Shown in pieces: positions 28,322 through 42,799 of a stretch of 64,000 bases of DNA. The translations under genes were made by a program, and so were the position numbers. The stretch spans positions 33,480,001 through 33,544,000 of the forward strand of contig NC_043002.1 of assembly GCF_006345805.1 (NCBI RefSeq). Direction: 5' to 3'. The notes under the pieces were generated by a model that searched no databases, had not been told where the DNA came from, and saw nothing but the letters and a program-made list of their open reading frames with translations. Source of the stretch: Octopus sinensis (lineage: Eukaryota). Position 1 is the stretch's first letter. Every line of letters starts with the position of its first letter.

Positions 28322-29356
28322 CATATTATATATAATATATATATATATATATATTACACATATATATATATATACATATAAATATATGTGTGTGTGTGTA
28401 TGTATGCATATGTACATACACACACACACACATACACACACACAACACATATATTATATACACACATATATATATGTGCATGTGTGTGTGTTGTCTTTAT
28501 GTTGTCTTTCACCACCACTTAACAACTGGTGTTGGTGTGTTTACTTCCGTAACCTAGCGGTTCGGCGAAAGAGACCGATGGAATAAGTACCAGGTTTAAC
28601 GAAAAGATAAGTACTGGAGCTGGGGGATCGATTCATTCGACTAAAACAAATTGTTCAAGGCAGTGCTACAACATGGCTGGAGTCTAATGACTGAAACAAG
28701 TAAAAGATGAAAGATGTAGACGTGTGTGTGTGTATGTGTGTGTTGTGTGTGTGTGTGTGCACGCGCGCAAGCGTGCGTGAGTGCGTGTATAGTCTAATGT
28801 CGCTCCTCTGAAGGTTCCAAGAGGCTGTTGACGAAAGCATAAACTCTAAGAAACAGCATATGGAAACACACCTTTGAATAAAGATTATTCCACTGCAGCA
28901 CCCGTATCGGGAACTATTCATTATTCCGACAGTTTTCCATTGATTTAGTTTTCTACGGTTCTTAAATTTCTAACCAATACATCCATCAGCTTATGGCATA
29001 TCCTCTTCCTTTATTTCTATTATTATTTCCATATCTTTGCCGTTCTTCACTTCTCTCAGTTGATATATCCTCCGTAACACGCAAAATATATCAAGTTAGT
29101 GGTGTCTAAATTTATCTTGGCAGACAACATGAATGTGCATGTCTTGTGTGTATTAATGCTACTTGAGAGAAATGGATGAAGATAAATTTAAGTTTTGCTA
29201 ACAAGAGACGTAATCAAAAGATTTTGGTGGAAAGAAAAGGAAGTTTAAAATACAAAGACAATATAAAAGAGACTGGATGAGGAAAACAACATCAACAATA
29301 ACTACAGTAATAATAATAATAATAACAACAACAACAGCAATGATGATGATGATGAT

Positions 29357-29897
29357 GATTTGCTTGTCAGTTGTTTGATTGGTATAAAAGATGGGCTACA
29401 GCAAATATTCTGCTCAATGCCACAGATTTGCTTGTCAGTTGTTTGACCTTAACCAACTGAGCATGTCCCTTGATGGCTGACGATATGAGCATCTCTGGTC
29501 TCGAGCAGAAATAGTTGGGGAGCATCATAGCCATGTGTTGAGAGGGATTCTTTGGGGTTTGAATAATTCACCCCCGGAAACATGGGTGTTTCGTTCAACA
29601 TCCTTAGACAACCCTTATTCAGGGACCTTTTGAGCGGGATGGGTTACTCGACCAGAAGAAAATTCTAACTGGGCCACGCCTGCAAGGTCATGTGCTGTTT
29701 ATCTTGATATGAAATCACCATGTCGCGCACATATGGTTGTGATGTATGTGCCTGGTGTACTCTTATCAGACGGGTAGTCATGATGGGTATACTGGGCTTC
29801 GTATATTTTACCCCAGTGTCACTTTGATAGCATGCACTACTCTCTCATTCAATAATAATGATGATGATGATGAGGATGATGACGACGACGACAATGA

Positions 29898-29928
<31 letters not shown>

Positions 29929-29939
29929 AGTGGTGGTGG

Positions 29940-29992
<53 letters not shown>

Positions 29993-30400
29993 TTGATGTT
30001 GACTATGACGACGACGATCACCCAGTACCAGGCAGTGGCTCTCATGGTTTCTTGGGCTACAGGAAATATTCTGCTCAATACAACAGATTTGCTTGTAACT
30101 TGCTTGACCTTAACCAGTAGAGTATGTCCCTTAGTGGCTGACGATATATGCATCTCCAATCACGCGCAGGAGTAGTGGAGGAGCATCATACCTATGTGTT
30201 GCGAGGAATTCTTTGGAGCTTGAATAATTCATCTCTGGAAACATTGGTGTTTCATTTATCGGCCTTATACAACCCTTATTCAGAGATCCTTTGAGCATGA
30301 TTGGCTACATGACCTGAGGGCAATTCTAACTGGTCCCCATCTGCTATTTATCTCGATATGATGTCACTATGTCGCCAACTATGGTTGTGGTGTATGTTCC
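29357..30400 (+). repeat. Two family C copies separated by (GAT/GAC/GGT)n
   Basis: Both contain AAATATTCTGCTCAAT...GATTTGCTTG...GACCTTAACCA...TGGCTGACGATAT...GAGCATCATA...GAATAATTCA...AACCCTTATTCAG. Confidence 0.75.
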
Positions 30401-30542
30401 ATGCGTATATGTGCATGTATGTGTGTGTAAGTATAAATATGTGTGTGTGTGTGTGTGTGTATGTACAGAGAGGGAGAGAGAGAGAGAGAAACTGACAACA
30501 GGCAAACAAATAGATGGATGGATGGATGGATGGATGGATGGC

Positions 30543-30641
<99 letters not shown>

Positions 30642-31869
30642 TGTGATTCGATTCGTTGGTTGGTTGGCTTGTTGATTGGTTGGTTGGTTGAGAAATATAT
30701 TAATGCGCAGGTAATGAAATAATTATACAGAATTGAGATATCCTTTCGTCGGATATGAACTATGTTTCTATATGAAGTTATATCAGTGACTTCAGGTTCA
30801 AGTGTTTCGTGCGCTGCTACTGGCAAAATAGACAGAGTCTCATACGTAGCTTTATAGTTAAAAAAAAATAGATGCATTAACATCACTCCAGCAGCCTAAT
30901 ACACTACAAACATTTTATACGTTGCGCTACCACTTTTAAATCTGGACAGAGAGAGATAAGTATATCAACAAAAATATAAAATGTATTTGTAAGCAACATT
31001 TTCATATATTTTTTTTACCTAAAGTAGGTTGTGTATACTTATATGTAGCAATATACAGTTCATATTATTTACCATGATGCATCAGTTGAATGGCTTGTTT
31101 TGATTTTGCAATATATATTTGATGGAATTTCTAATATACACTGAACTTTATTTGTAGATATTGTATTGCTCCGTAAGTGTAGAAACACTCGACTATTGAG
31201 ATATGATATCTTCACATCATTCAGTTGTACATAAACACTATCACTTTGCATTATAAATCATACACAGCAACTGCATTAAAAGTACAACAGCTGAAAGTTT
31301 TACTTTCTTTCCAAATACTGGCCTTCATAATCTTAGATGATCTTTTAACGTGTCTGCATATCTATATTACCGCCGAAGCCATACTCAATAGGCTGAGTTT
31401 ACTGTCTAGAGCCAGACACCGCTCTAGCAATTATCAGTTAATGATAATTGACACGTCACATGTGGAATGCATGTCTGTAACAATACAGCAGCAATATAGT
31501 ATTCTAAACAGCATTGAAAGGTAAATATTCCGAGTGATAATCAAACCTTCAATTGTTAAAACATTACAATCTGCATCTGCTACAAGTTTCTCTCTGTCAC
31601 TTCTACTGCTTCTACAACTATTCCTCAGCCTCTAGTGTCGTACCTTTCGTGTGCCACCACCATCTTATCCACCTGGTACCTATTCCTCTCATTTTCTAAA
31701 TCATTCTTGCTGTTTATCTCCGTATCCTACATTGAGTTCTAAAGACTCTAGTTAATTCTTTATGTCTTCCTAAATATTGACCTGCAGAATTTTAAGCTCG
31801 TACTTTAAAATGCTTCGTCCCAACTCTTCGATTTCTTCACATCAGTATTTCCTGTTTAATATAAGTTAC

Positions 31870-32101
31870 TTATTTCTTTATTGCCCACAAGGGGCTAAAC
31901 ACAGAGAGGACAAACAAGGACAAACAAACAGATTAAGTCGATTATATCGACCCCAGTGCGTAACTGATACTTAATTTATTGACCCCGAAAGGATGAAAGG
32001 CAAAGTCGGCCTCGGCGGAATTTGAACTCAGAACGTAGCGGCAGACGAAATACCGCTAAGCATTTCGCCCGACATGCTAACGCTTCTGCCAGCTCGCCGC
32101 C
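31870..32101 (-). mobile_element. SINE family A, full length
   Basis: Reverse complement of the family A consensus; 14-bp TSD TTAATATAAGTTAC at 31856-31869 and 32102-32115. Confidence 0.88.
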
Positions 32102-35100
32102 TTAATATAAGTTACGGACAACGCCTTTAACGTGAGGATTGCTGTTTTAATGATATTAGGGCATCTTTAATTTTTTAAACTTGTTCAAAGCCATTATGAA
32201 GAAAAAATAATTATACACATGTAATCTCTATTTTGTGTTCTTATACAAAACGGAGCGGGTGTGACAGAAAGTTTCACTTTTTGGTTAAGGTGGGGATACT
32301 AGTGTAAGTCGATTGGAGAACAATTGTGCTAATGTGCTTTTTTTATTGTCATGTTTTTTAACAATCATTCTTGGTAACAATGATATCCAGTCAACAGATC
32401 ATATACTATCTTTTTCAATTTTGCCTACACAGTTTTTAAATATCAGATATTTCTATCTTTGTTTATTTACTTATTTCTTCTGTTACGTTCCATCCATTTG
32501 CTACTGCCTGTTAATGGTGAAACAAGTTTTTTTTTCTGTCATCTAAATCGCAGCTTAGACCCCCCCCCTCCTCCAGGTTTTTATCTAACATATTACATAC
32601 ATCATTTTGTTTTATCTCTATACAACTTAATCTTTAATTCTCAACATTTTTTTTTTCTTTTTGGTTATTTATTCTCAAATTCCGCCGTTGTTGCTTCTAT
32701 GCGCCATTCATTGTTCTCTCACACTTCATTCTGATTTCTGCATCATTGTATTTCATCACTACCACCACGCAGAGTATTTTATCTTCTGCATCTATTTCAA
32801 CAGAGCAACATTCTCTCTTCCCCCTTCTCTCTCTTCCCCTTTCCCACTCTCTCTCTCCCTCTCTCTCCATCCCTCTTTCTCCTCCTCTCTCCCTCTCTTT
32901 CTCTCACACTCTCCCTCTACCTCTTTTCTCTCTCTCTCACACACACACAGTACTTATCCATTCACATAATGTATCGTATTCTATTCCTCATTCACCAAAT
33001 ACCATTCTACTCAGACTTTTGTTTCCATACATAAGCCTTTAATACTCTTACATGTCTGCATCTATTTTACCTTTTTCATGAATAACCTTTCATAATTTGT
33101 TTGCCTGCCAAGCAGTAGATTCCCTCTTGAGATTCTTTAAATTATTCCGTATAATATATGTGGATATCTGCTCTGCTAATATGAACCACGTTCAATACAT
33201 ACTTAGTAACTGCAGTCTACGACTTCCTATTGATTATTGCAGTATACTTCCGTTTTCTCTGAGTCTTAATTCGGGTTTCACTTCCAATAGACATCCTTCA
33301 TTTTGCTTTATCTATCTTTACACATTGGCCTCTGTTAAAATCCTCACAAGTTGTATCTTTACACATTGGTTTCGTCCTGGATCAAGTTTTATATTCTTTT
33401 AGAGGATACCAGCACTCTTTTATGTTTTCCCATTTTACCTCTTCTATAGACGATCTTTGCACATCATACGGCAACATTACATGATTCGATAACATAGTTA
33501 TTCACTACAACTACAATATGGCTAGTTGCTGAGATAGTATGATTGTGTGTCATAAAGTGTACAGTGACGTCATTAAATATTTTCCTTTGACGCCATAAAA
33601 TATTGTTGTGTCAAAACTAAAGTGAGCTGTGATGGCAATAGATATTTTCCTCGGCATGTTGCTTCTACTACTGCTACGCCATAACTAGATTGAACAATTA
33701 TGACATTAGCCACTTCCAATGAGTAATGATATACCTGCTGTGTTTCCAAATAAGCAGACAGCTTAGCTGATTCATCAGAGCGTTAGATAGAATACCTCAC
33801 CGCATTTGTTTCGATTCTTTGCGCCTTAATTTCAAATCTCACCGAGATCAACTTTGCTTTCCATCCTTTCGAGGTCGATAAAATAGTGCCAATCCAAGGC
33901 GATGTTTTTGCGGGCTCGGGTGAGATGTTTGCGGTATTTGTTCAAGTTGGTCACAAGCTGTATCAGCACATAAGTGCCGTGGCGAGAAGAATGGTGCATG
34001 TCTGGGTAATTTCTTGTCTTCTTCGATAAAATATTGCATACATGCGTGCAGATGCACGGTCGACATTAAACCGATTACAGCCCAACCATGCTTCCAGCCG
34101 TTAAGGAATAGGCTATAGCTTCTTTTGATACTCTTATTTCAGGTTTCGTTAGTGGATTCTAATCAGTTGAACCAAACATTACTTGTCACATAACAATATT
34201 GTCTCTATCCAAGACCATAATTCAATCAACATAGTTTCTTCATTGTATCTTGATAACATTTCTGTTAAAATTTGTATGACATGTTTGAGTGCGGTTCTTT
34301 TCGTCGTTCAAGATTTCCAAATTAGGGCAGTGCAATCGGAACCATTAATAAACATTTAAGCAGGATAGAGCAAAGAATCTAAGAACAGAAACTTACGTTG
34401 CTAGAAATATTGGTTTCACGATGCAGCTGAACTTTTTCCAATAATTATCATAAAACCATCAGCAAATGATACATTTTGTTTATCTGAAAGCATAATTGAA
34501 CGACTTTCACACAAATCTTAAAGAACTCTTGACCTTTAACTTTCCAAACTTCTCAATTAATCTCTCGATCTACTCAAATGTTGTTGTAACTTTTCTTCCT
34601 ATGCACTATAACAAAACTCCACTAACGTATCTATCTCTTGTCTGGTTTCGAACCTAGGTTGGTACACTGTTCTACAGTACAGATCCATTATTTTTAATAT
34701 TAAAAAGGATTATTCTTTAGTTGTTATTTTCTTTTATATTGAGATTTTATAGGCGCACACAAATTGTTTGGTTAAGTACCTTGCAATCTTGTGGTTACAA
34801 GTTCAGTTCTACTAAGAATGCCTTTGGGCAATGTCTTTTACTATAGTCTCGAGTCGACCAGAGCTCCGTGGTTGAATTTGGATAATGCAAACTGTATGGA
34901 AATCTGTCGTATATGTTTGTGTTTGTTACTCCCCACTCCGCTTGACAACCGTTCTTAGTTAATTTATGTCCCCGTAACTTAGCAGTTCAGATTAAAGACC
35001 TCGATACAATAAGAACCAGAATTTAAAAAGTAAATAATGGGCTCGATTTGTTGGGCTAAAACGCTTTATGGCAGTGACGCAGCATGGTTGCAGTCCAATG

Positions 35101-36047
35101 ACAATAAACAGTAAATGATAAAAGATAAAAATCATTTCTCCTTATTTTATTGTATCTGGGGAGGGTCATTCTCTTTTAATGCCTTATTAATTTAACACAT
35201 TCACCGGTCTGATTTCCACTCATTTATTTATTAATTTTTACTAAAATTTTCGTTGCGTCTTGCAAGCTTTTCAATAGTCGTTGACTCTGTCCGTTATCGG
35301 AACTGCGTTCTCTTTCTCTTTGTGCGCATGCGTCTGCGTCAGTGTACTTGCGCAAACACATATGTATGTATGTATGTATGTGTATGTATGTGTGTGTATG
35401 CATATATGTATGTGTATGCATATATATATATGTATATATATTTATAAATATATATATATATAACTCAACTTGTGTGTCTGTGTGTGTATCTGTGTGTGTG
35501 TCTGTGTGTTTAACTTTCCGGCACATCTCCGCCAACAAATCGTAGACCCACCAAAGATAGGTCACTTAAAGTTTAGGCGAATGAAAATTGAACTGCGCTA
35601 TTTCTGTTCCGAAATTCATCTCGCAAGTGCAAAAATCGATAATGTGTTTGTTTAGGCCTTATCCTATGCATTGAATAGTGAACTTTACTCAGTCAGCTGT
35701 TTGACGTGAACTGTGTTCACCACGCGGGCAAGCATGCGTAAATTGCATGAAAAATAAAAAATCAAGATATAAGAACAAATCGCCGTAAACATTGTTGAAA
35801 TTGGGCAAAGAAATGAATTTTCGGGATGTAGCCTGGAAGGTTTTTTCGTATTAATCGTTTGAACTTCGTGAACACATACCAATTGTTCCATAACATTTTT
35901 AAGGGTTTGAATCAAATGTGACCATTTTGCAAAGCCGGGCAATACTGCTTGTATATATATTTATAATATATATATATATATATAATATATATATATATAT
36001 ATAATATATATATATATACTATATATATATATATATAGATATATATA

Positions 36048-36114
<67 letters not shown>

Positions 36115-36469
36115 CATGTATATATACTGAGTGACTGGTTATTCAAAGACATTCATAGATTTTAAATTCATTCTGTTCAGTTACGTATCAGTATTGTGGT
36201 CATTTGCAAACTCCAGAGGTGACGCTTTAATTTCTCCTAAGCCCTCACGTCACACAGTTGTTAATGTTGATTTCAGTTGGGTCACGCCCTTCCAATTGCT
36301 ATAGATTCGTAATGCATCTTACGGCTGTGCCTGTCACCTGGATGGTGAGGAATCCTACATTGGGAGTGGTAACGACTAGGGTAGGGTAACTGACTGCTTA
36401 TTGTGATCATTCGTCTTTTGGTTTCCACGTGGCACGATTACAATTTTTTAAGGGTGTGTAAAGAAGGAA

Positions 36470-36592
36470 ATAACCCTCATCTGCAATTTTGATGAAATTT
36501 GAAACATAGATATTCCAGTTCATTCAGAAAATATATAGAAAAGTCTAATTCTTCAATTGAACGTAACCGGGCAACGCCGGGTATCTCTGCTA

Positions 36593-36594
<2 letters not shown>
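36470..36594 (+). mobile_element. Helitron-like 3' end
   Basis: Subterminal GC hairpin CCGGGCAACGCCGGG followed by CTAG|T. Left boundary approximate. Confidence 0.55.
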
Positions 36595-36660
<66 letters not shown>

Positions 36661-37229
36661 AATTCATTTGTAACTCCTCTAACACTTAATAATTTGTAGA
36701 ATGTAGCTGCCTATAAATTTTTCAAAAACTTTAATTCTTTAATGGCTTACTCACTTTCAATTTATTTCAGTAAACTCTGTTTATTGTTCAGAGAAACAAT
36801 TAAGATAAAAGCTTTATTCTTGATTTATAACTATGTTTATTACAACTTCTATAGCAGCTCTAGCTTCATTTCTCGCTGTATTTAACGTATAAACCCTACA
36901 GTATTTCTTTCTGATATATGGTGCTTCAGGATAAAGTACAATATTTGTTATGAAGTGAAGTTGATGGTATCTACTAACTTCCTCCCTTGAAAATCGTTGA
37001 GGTTGCACCACAATTAGAAACCTTTATTATTTGGTAATCTTATATTTAATGCATCGGGTAGATACAGTGATTTTCTTTTACATTTGTGCGTTACTATAGT
37101 TTTAAAAGTATCCTATCTCATACATGTTCAGTGCTTTGCAATGCAAATTAACAGGTGAGGCTTAGCTGCTTTTTCTAGCAGTTTGGACAACAATATAAGG
37201 ATTCCCTTTGTTGTTTCTTTATTCTTTTC

Positions 37230-37965
37230 TACTCGAGGCGAGGCCCGAAATTTTGAGGGATGGAGCCAGGCGATTAGACCTATTTCTTTACTACCCACAA
37301 GGGACTAAACACAGAGAGGAGAAACAAGGACAGACAAACGGATTAAGTCGATTACATCGATCCCAGTGCGTAACTGGTACTTAATTTATCGACCCCGAAA
37401 GGATAAAAGGCAAAGTCGACCTCGGCGGAATTTGAACTCAGAACGTAGCGGCAGACGAAATACTGCTAAGCATTTCGCCCAGCGTGCTAACATTTCTGCC
37501 AGCTCACCGCCTTTTTGTTGTTTCATTATTAGCAGTGTTGTTAAGGCATTGAGCTAGGAGAAATGCTTAAGGGCATTTCCTTCAGCTTTACATTCTGAGT
37601 TCAAATTTCGTCGAGGTAGACTTTGCCTTTCATCCTTTCAGAGTTGATAAAATAAGTACCAGTTAAATATTGAGGTTGAGGTAACCGACTTACCATCTCC
37701 CCCAAAATTTAGGCCTTGTACCTATAGCAGAAAAGAAAGGATTATTACCATTGTTGAGGAGGTGAATTAGCACAGTGGTTAGCACGCCAGACGAAATGCT
37801 TAGTAGCATTTCATCCATCTTTACGTTCTGATTTCAAATTCTGCCAAGGTCGGTTTTGCCTTGCATACTTTCGAGGTCGATAAAATATGTACCAGTTGAG
37901 TACTTAGATCGATGTAATCGACTTGACTCCTCCCCGAAATTTCTGGCCGTGTGCCAAAACTTGAA
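37230..37965. mobile_element. Cluster of family A SINE copies (one minus, two plus)
   Basis: Minus copy at about 37281-37511; degenerate plus copies at about 37545-37740 and 37758-37965 sharing the GCCTTTCATCCTTTC core. Confidence 0.8.
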
Positions 37966-38669
37966 AACATTATTACTGCTGTTATTGCTGGTGCTGCAGA
38001 ATCTGTGGTTGCCGTTTCATTATCTTTGCCTTCTACTACTTCACTGTCCTCGTCACCCTCTTCTTGTCCTGTTGTTATAGGTGGTTGTTGTTGTTGTTGT
38101 TAAGCAACAAGACGGGTAAGGGTGATTAGGTGATGGTCTTGGGCTTAGGGGCGGGAGACCCCAGACCTTGGAAGAAAAAGAACTATAGTCGTCTTGTTGT
38201 AGTCGAGGGCTCTTCGTTGACGCCCGACACCACTGGGAGGTGGTCCTCGAAGTCGCTGGAAATGGAGATCTCCAGGTCCAAATTCTTGAACGGCTATTAC
38301 AGGTGGTGGTGGTAGGTGTGTGGTGCTGGTGCTGGTGGTGGTGCTGGTGCTGGTTCTGGTGGTGGTGCTGGAGGTGTGGTGGTGGTGCTGGTGGTGGTAG
38401 CAGTGCTCGAGGCGTTGATAGTGATACATTTTATGTTTTGCAAGAATCTACATTTTACATGGTGTTTCTTGATGTCTCTGTGATGAATTGCATTCTGGAC
38501 TCTAATTCTTCATCCACCCAAACTTGGTTGCAGTAAGATCTGGGAACTATGCCAGGCGTGGGTAACCTTTACCGAGAAGCGGGCCACATGAGACAAGGTT
38601 CATCATCAGGCTGGCCGCACTACTAAGAAAAATTTAAAGTAATTTTTCGTTAGACGTCTCATTCAAAAA

Positions 38670-39480
38670 GTCCCAGTACTTACTAATTTTTAAGTTTCAA
38701 ACCTGATATTTATTCTATCATTTCCTTTTGCCGAACTGCTAAGTTGCGGGAACGTAAACAAGCCAACACCGCTTGCCAAGCGGTGGTGGGGAACAAATAC
38801 AAAGACACATTCATACACATACACACTCACACACACGTGTGTGAGTATATGTGTATACACACACATACACACACACACACGATAAGGTCCTCTTCTCACT
38901 TTTCGTCAAACAAATCCCCTCATAAGGTTTTGGTCGGCCTGGGCTTATACTAGAAGACACTTGCCTAGGGTGTCACCCACTGGAACTGAACCCAGAACCG
39001 TGCAGTAAAGAAGGAAACTCCTTGGATCTTTTCGGTTTGAACGGCAGTTTTTAACATAATTTCTAGGTAACTAAAAAAATTTTAAAATTCGTATACTGGT
39101 AGAATGTGTTTATAAAACATCTTTTTCTCTTGGCTTTATTGAGAAAATTCTATAGTTTGTAAGATATTTTTTGTTTTTTTTTTCTTCAATTTCTGCAATT
39201 TCAACCAATCAATGACGTCCATTGAGGTAAACAACATTCTGTGCTGTATGAATATGTCCCTCGTTTAAGAAACAGATTGGGTTTATTTACATTTCTGAAG
39301 AAAAAAGATACCCTTCTCCCCACCCCTAACCCTAACCCTAACCCTAACTAACCCTAAAACAGATTGAAATGCAATAGATCGATATTAGGGTCATAATTAT
39401 GGGGGACAATTTCATATGACACCGCTAGAAAAACTGCCGTTCAAACTGAAAAGATCCAACTCCTTACCATACAGACACAA
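38670..39480 (-). mobile_element. Diverged family B SINE interrupted by the Merlin-like element
   Basis: TTTTGCCGAACTGCTAAGTT...GGTCGGCC...GAAGACACTTGCC...TGAACCCAGAACC; resumes after 39465 (ACCATACAGACAC). Confidence 0.75.
39024..39457. mobile_element. Non-autonomous Merlin-like DNA transposon with internal (CCCTAA)n
   Basis: About 29-bp TIRs GGATCTTTTCGGTTTGAACGGCAGTTTTT / AAAAACTGCCGTTCAAACTGAAAAGATCC; perfect 8-bp TSD AACTCCTT at 39016-39023 and 39458-39465. GG termini with an 8-bp TSD fit Merlin. Confidence 0.8.
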
Positions 39481-39772
39481 CACTGCAATCGTTTAATTTC
39501 CAGTAACCGAAGTTTGACAAAAGTCAATACTAACTTGCTGGCGTCATCAAATTAAAGTCATATCGTAAGTCCAGTTGTATGCGGCACTTTTTCTCGTCAC
39601 GTGATGTGTACTCATGTACTCATGTCAGTATGTACTTCAATCTATGTATGTTTGTGTATGTGCGTGTGAGTATGCTTATGCGTATGTGTGTGTGTGTGTG
39701 CGTGTTTACATGTATATCTGTGTCTGTGTTTGTGTGTGCAAAATCGTCGGTTTACACGTACAGGTATGTCAA

Positions 39773-39987
39773 GGCGGCGAGCTGGCAGAAACGTTAGCAC
39801 GCCGGGCGAAATGCGTAGCCGTATTTCGTCAGCCGTTACGTTCTGAGTTCAAATTCCGCCGAGGTCGACTTTGCCTTTCATCCTTTCGGGTCGATTAAAT
39901 AAGTACCAGTTACGCACTGGCGTCGATGTAATCGACTTAATCCGTTTGTCCTCTCAGTGTTTAGCCCCTTGTGGGTAGCAAAGTAAT
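39773..39987 (+). mobile_element. SINE family A, full length
   Basis: Family A consensus; TSD AGGTATGTCA at 39762-39771 and 39988-39997. Confidence 0.88.
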
Positions 39988-40226
39988 AGGTATGTCATTA
40001 AGTCAGTATGTGTGAGACAGAGTTAATGCGTGTCTATGTATGAATCATTTAGTTTATGTGTAAGTGTGAGCGTGAGTGAAGGATAGCTTATATGCGTGTG
40101 AGTGAGGTGGTTTATTTGTATTTAAGTATATGTATGGAATGCTTGAATGCGTGTGTATGACGTAGAGAATTCAAAAGCTAAAGATAAGAAATTAGATGAG
40201 CAAAATGAGAGTGAGAGAAATCAAAC

Positions 40227-40288
<62 letters not shown>

Positions 40289-42660
40289 ATGGATACATGC
40301 ATAAACTCGTGTATGCTTACGTTCATACATGCACATACACACAAGCACCTATATATCTGTACATACTTATACAGGTGTGTGCATGTATATATACACATGT
40401 ATATATACACATATACACACGCATGTGATAAGAAGCTTGCTTCCCAACCTGCGTGGTTCTGGCCAACCAAAGCCTTGGGTTTGGTAGGCAAAAACTGATA
40501 GAAACCCGACGTATATGTGTGTGTGTGCATGCGTATGTATATGTGTGTATGTGTATATCTTTGTGTATGTGTTTGTCCCCCCCCCCAACGCCCAAAATCA
40601 CTTGACAACCGATGTTGGTATGTTTACATCCCCGTAATTACCGGTTCGGCAAAAGTCACCGATAGAATAAATACTAGGCTTACAAAGAATAAGTCTTGGG
40701 GTCGATGTTTTCGATTAAAAGGCCTTTAAGGCGACGCCACAGCATGGCCGCTGTCAGATGACTGAAAGAAATAAAAAAGCAAAAGAATGTTTATATAATA
40801 TATATAATATATATTTGTATATATATATATAATATATATATATATATATACGCACACGCGCGCACACGTGCGCACACACACACACATACACACACACACA
40901 CATATATAAAATGTAGATGAATGGTTGTGGGGAAGAAGGACTATTTAGCAAAAGAACGCGGTAAATGTTTTGCACCAAGCTAGGCTGATAACCGGATACG
41001 GAAGTAACAGGTAAATTACAGCTACAACCAACTTCAGTTGGTGACGTCAGAAATATTTGGCGAATTGAAGTGATAGACTAAGGATTACAATTAAAATCGA
41101 TATCTGCAACTGGCTTCTTAATGTATACATGCCTGTATGTGTATGTTTGTATGTGTGTGTGTGTGTGCGCGCGCTTATGTGTTTGTGTGCGTGTGTGCAT
41201 GTGTGTGTGCGTATGTGTGTGCGTGTGTGCATGTGTGTGTGTGTGTGTGTGAGCGCGCGCATTCTCTGTCCATGTATGTCTATTACGTTTGTGTGTTTAT
41301 GCTTGTGTGTATCCCTGCTTGCGTGTGTATATTCCCTTACGTGTTTTCGTGTGTGTGTGTACATGTGTGTGTGTATTGATACGTAAGCTGTGTGTGCGTG
41401 TGTGTGAGTGCGTGCGAATGTATATTCGTATTAAAGAAAAAAAGAACTGTTGCAGTATTACTGTATGGATATTGATGTGCAGTGAAGACGAATGACTGAA
41501 TGAATGAATAGCAGTTTGCAAGAATAGATAAATGAATGTGAAATGTATAGAACAACAGAATAAGAGAATAAATAAAATAGAAAAATGAAATAGGGTCGAT
41601 ATAAAGAGGATATAATGACATTACAGTGATGATTTATCAAATGGACCGAAGGGGAATTGAACCTGTATTGAAGAGATTACAAATAGTGCCAGAGTTTAGC
41701 AGAGCGGAGAGCCTGTTTATCTATGTGTGAATGTGTATATGCGTATGTGAGTCTCTGTGTGTGTGTGTGTGTGTGTGTGTGGTGTGAGTATGCTTTTCTG
41801 TATTACATTCTTTTAGGTTATATACCTCTGTATCTATATATCACATCTGTTGCGTGTGTACGCAATCTTGTTTGTAATTGTGGGAATGTGTGTGTGTGTG
41901 TGTGTGTGTGTAAATCAGAGCGAGAGATGTTTTGCAAGCCGTCCCAGTTTGATGAAGTTTCTACGGTTCACGTTCAGAGAACATGAGAATGGGGATGTGG
42001 GGAATTCCAGATGCCAATTCTATGAAGGAAGGATTGGGTAAGTGTCCGGAGGGATGAAACAGAATATGAGTGACTAGACGAGGAAGATGAGCTGCCTACC
42101 ATCTTTGTTATTGTGCAACCCGACTCAGACCTGAGCAAGCAAATTCATGATCAAAGGATTTCCAACATTGATCCGCTCATTATTTTCCAAGCCAGATAGT
42201 GTACCTGAGACCACCTATCCATTTTCTAAGAAATTATGAATTTCGAGCACATTAAGTGAATGTATAGTGCCTGGATTGAAGCCTGCCTCAGTGAAAAAAC
42301 TAACCACACTCTTTTGCTAAATAGTTCTTCTTTTGCGTACGACAAAACAAACTCCAAAGAGACTGATTGCGCCGGCAACATTTCTATTATTTAGTAAAAT
42401 AGAAAAGAAGAGTACAGTGAGTTTGCCGTTTCGGACAGTCCTTCATCAGGGAAGAAGTTGACAGGATTCCCTTTGAGACAACAGAGTTGTACATTCTCTA
42501 AGCAAGGAAAACATACTTACACACTCATATATATCTATATGTATATATGTATGTGCAATTCATATATTATATAGTGGTGTGTTGTGTGTGTGTGTGTGTG
42601 TGTGTGCGTGTGTATGTGTGTGCGTGTATATATATCATATATATATATATATATACTATA

Positions 42661-42726
<66 letters not shown>

Positions 42727-42750
42727 ATATATATGTATGTATATATATAT

Positions 42751-42799
<49 letters not shown>

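Noticed and set aside
32290-32373. Hydrophobic stretch NVLFLLSCFLTIIL with a phase-1 GT as the missing signal-peptide exon
   Set aside because: No in-frame ATG after the stop at 32286-32288 and a weak donor (GTAACA); needs RNA evidence.
38110-38302. GC-rich island between (GTT)n and (GGT)n (similar case at 57160-57290) as a coding exon
   Set aside because: No convincing splice pair or recognisable peptide; more likely retroelement fragments.
39324-39357. Chromosome end or fusion scar
   Set aside because: Only about five units, and they lie inside a TIR/TSD-bounded element.
41993-42043. ATG-initiated segment ending at a strong G|GTAAGT donor in phase 1
   Set aside because: The peptide MRMGMWGIPDANSMKEGL is not hydrophobic and does not resemble a signal peptide.
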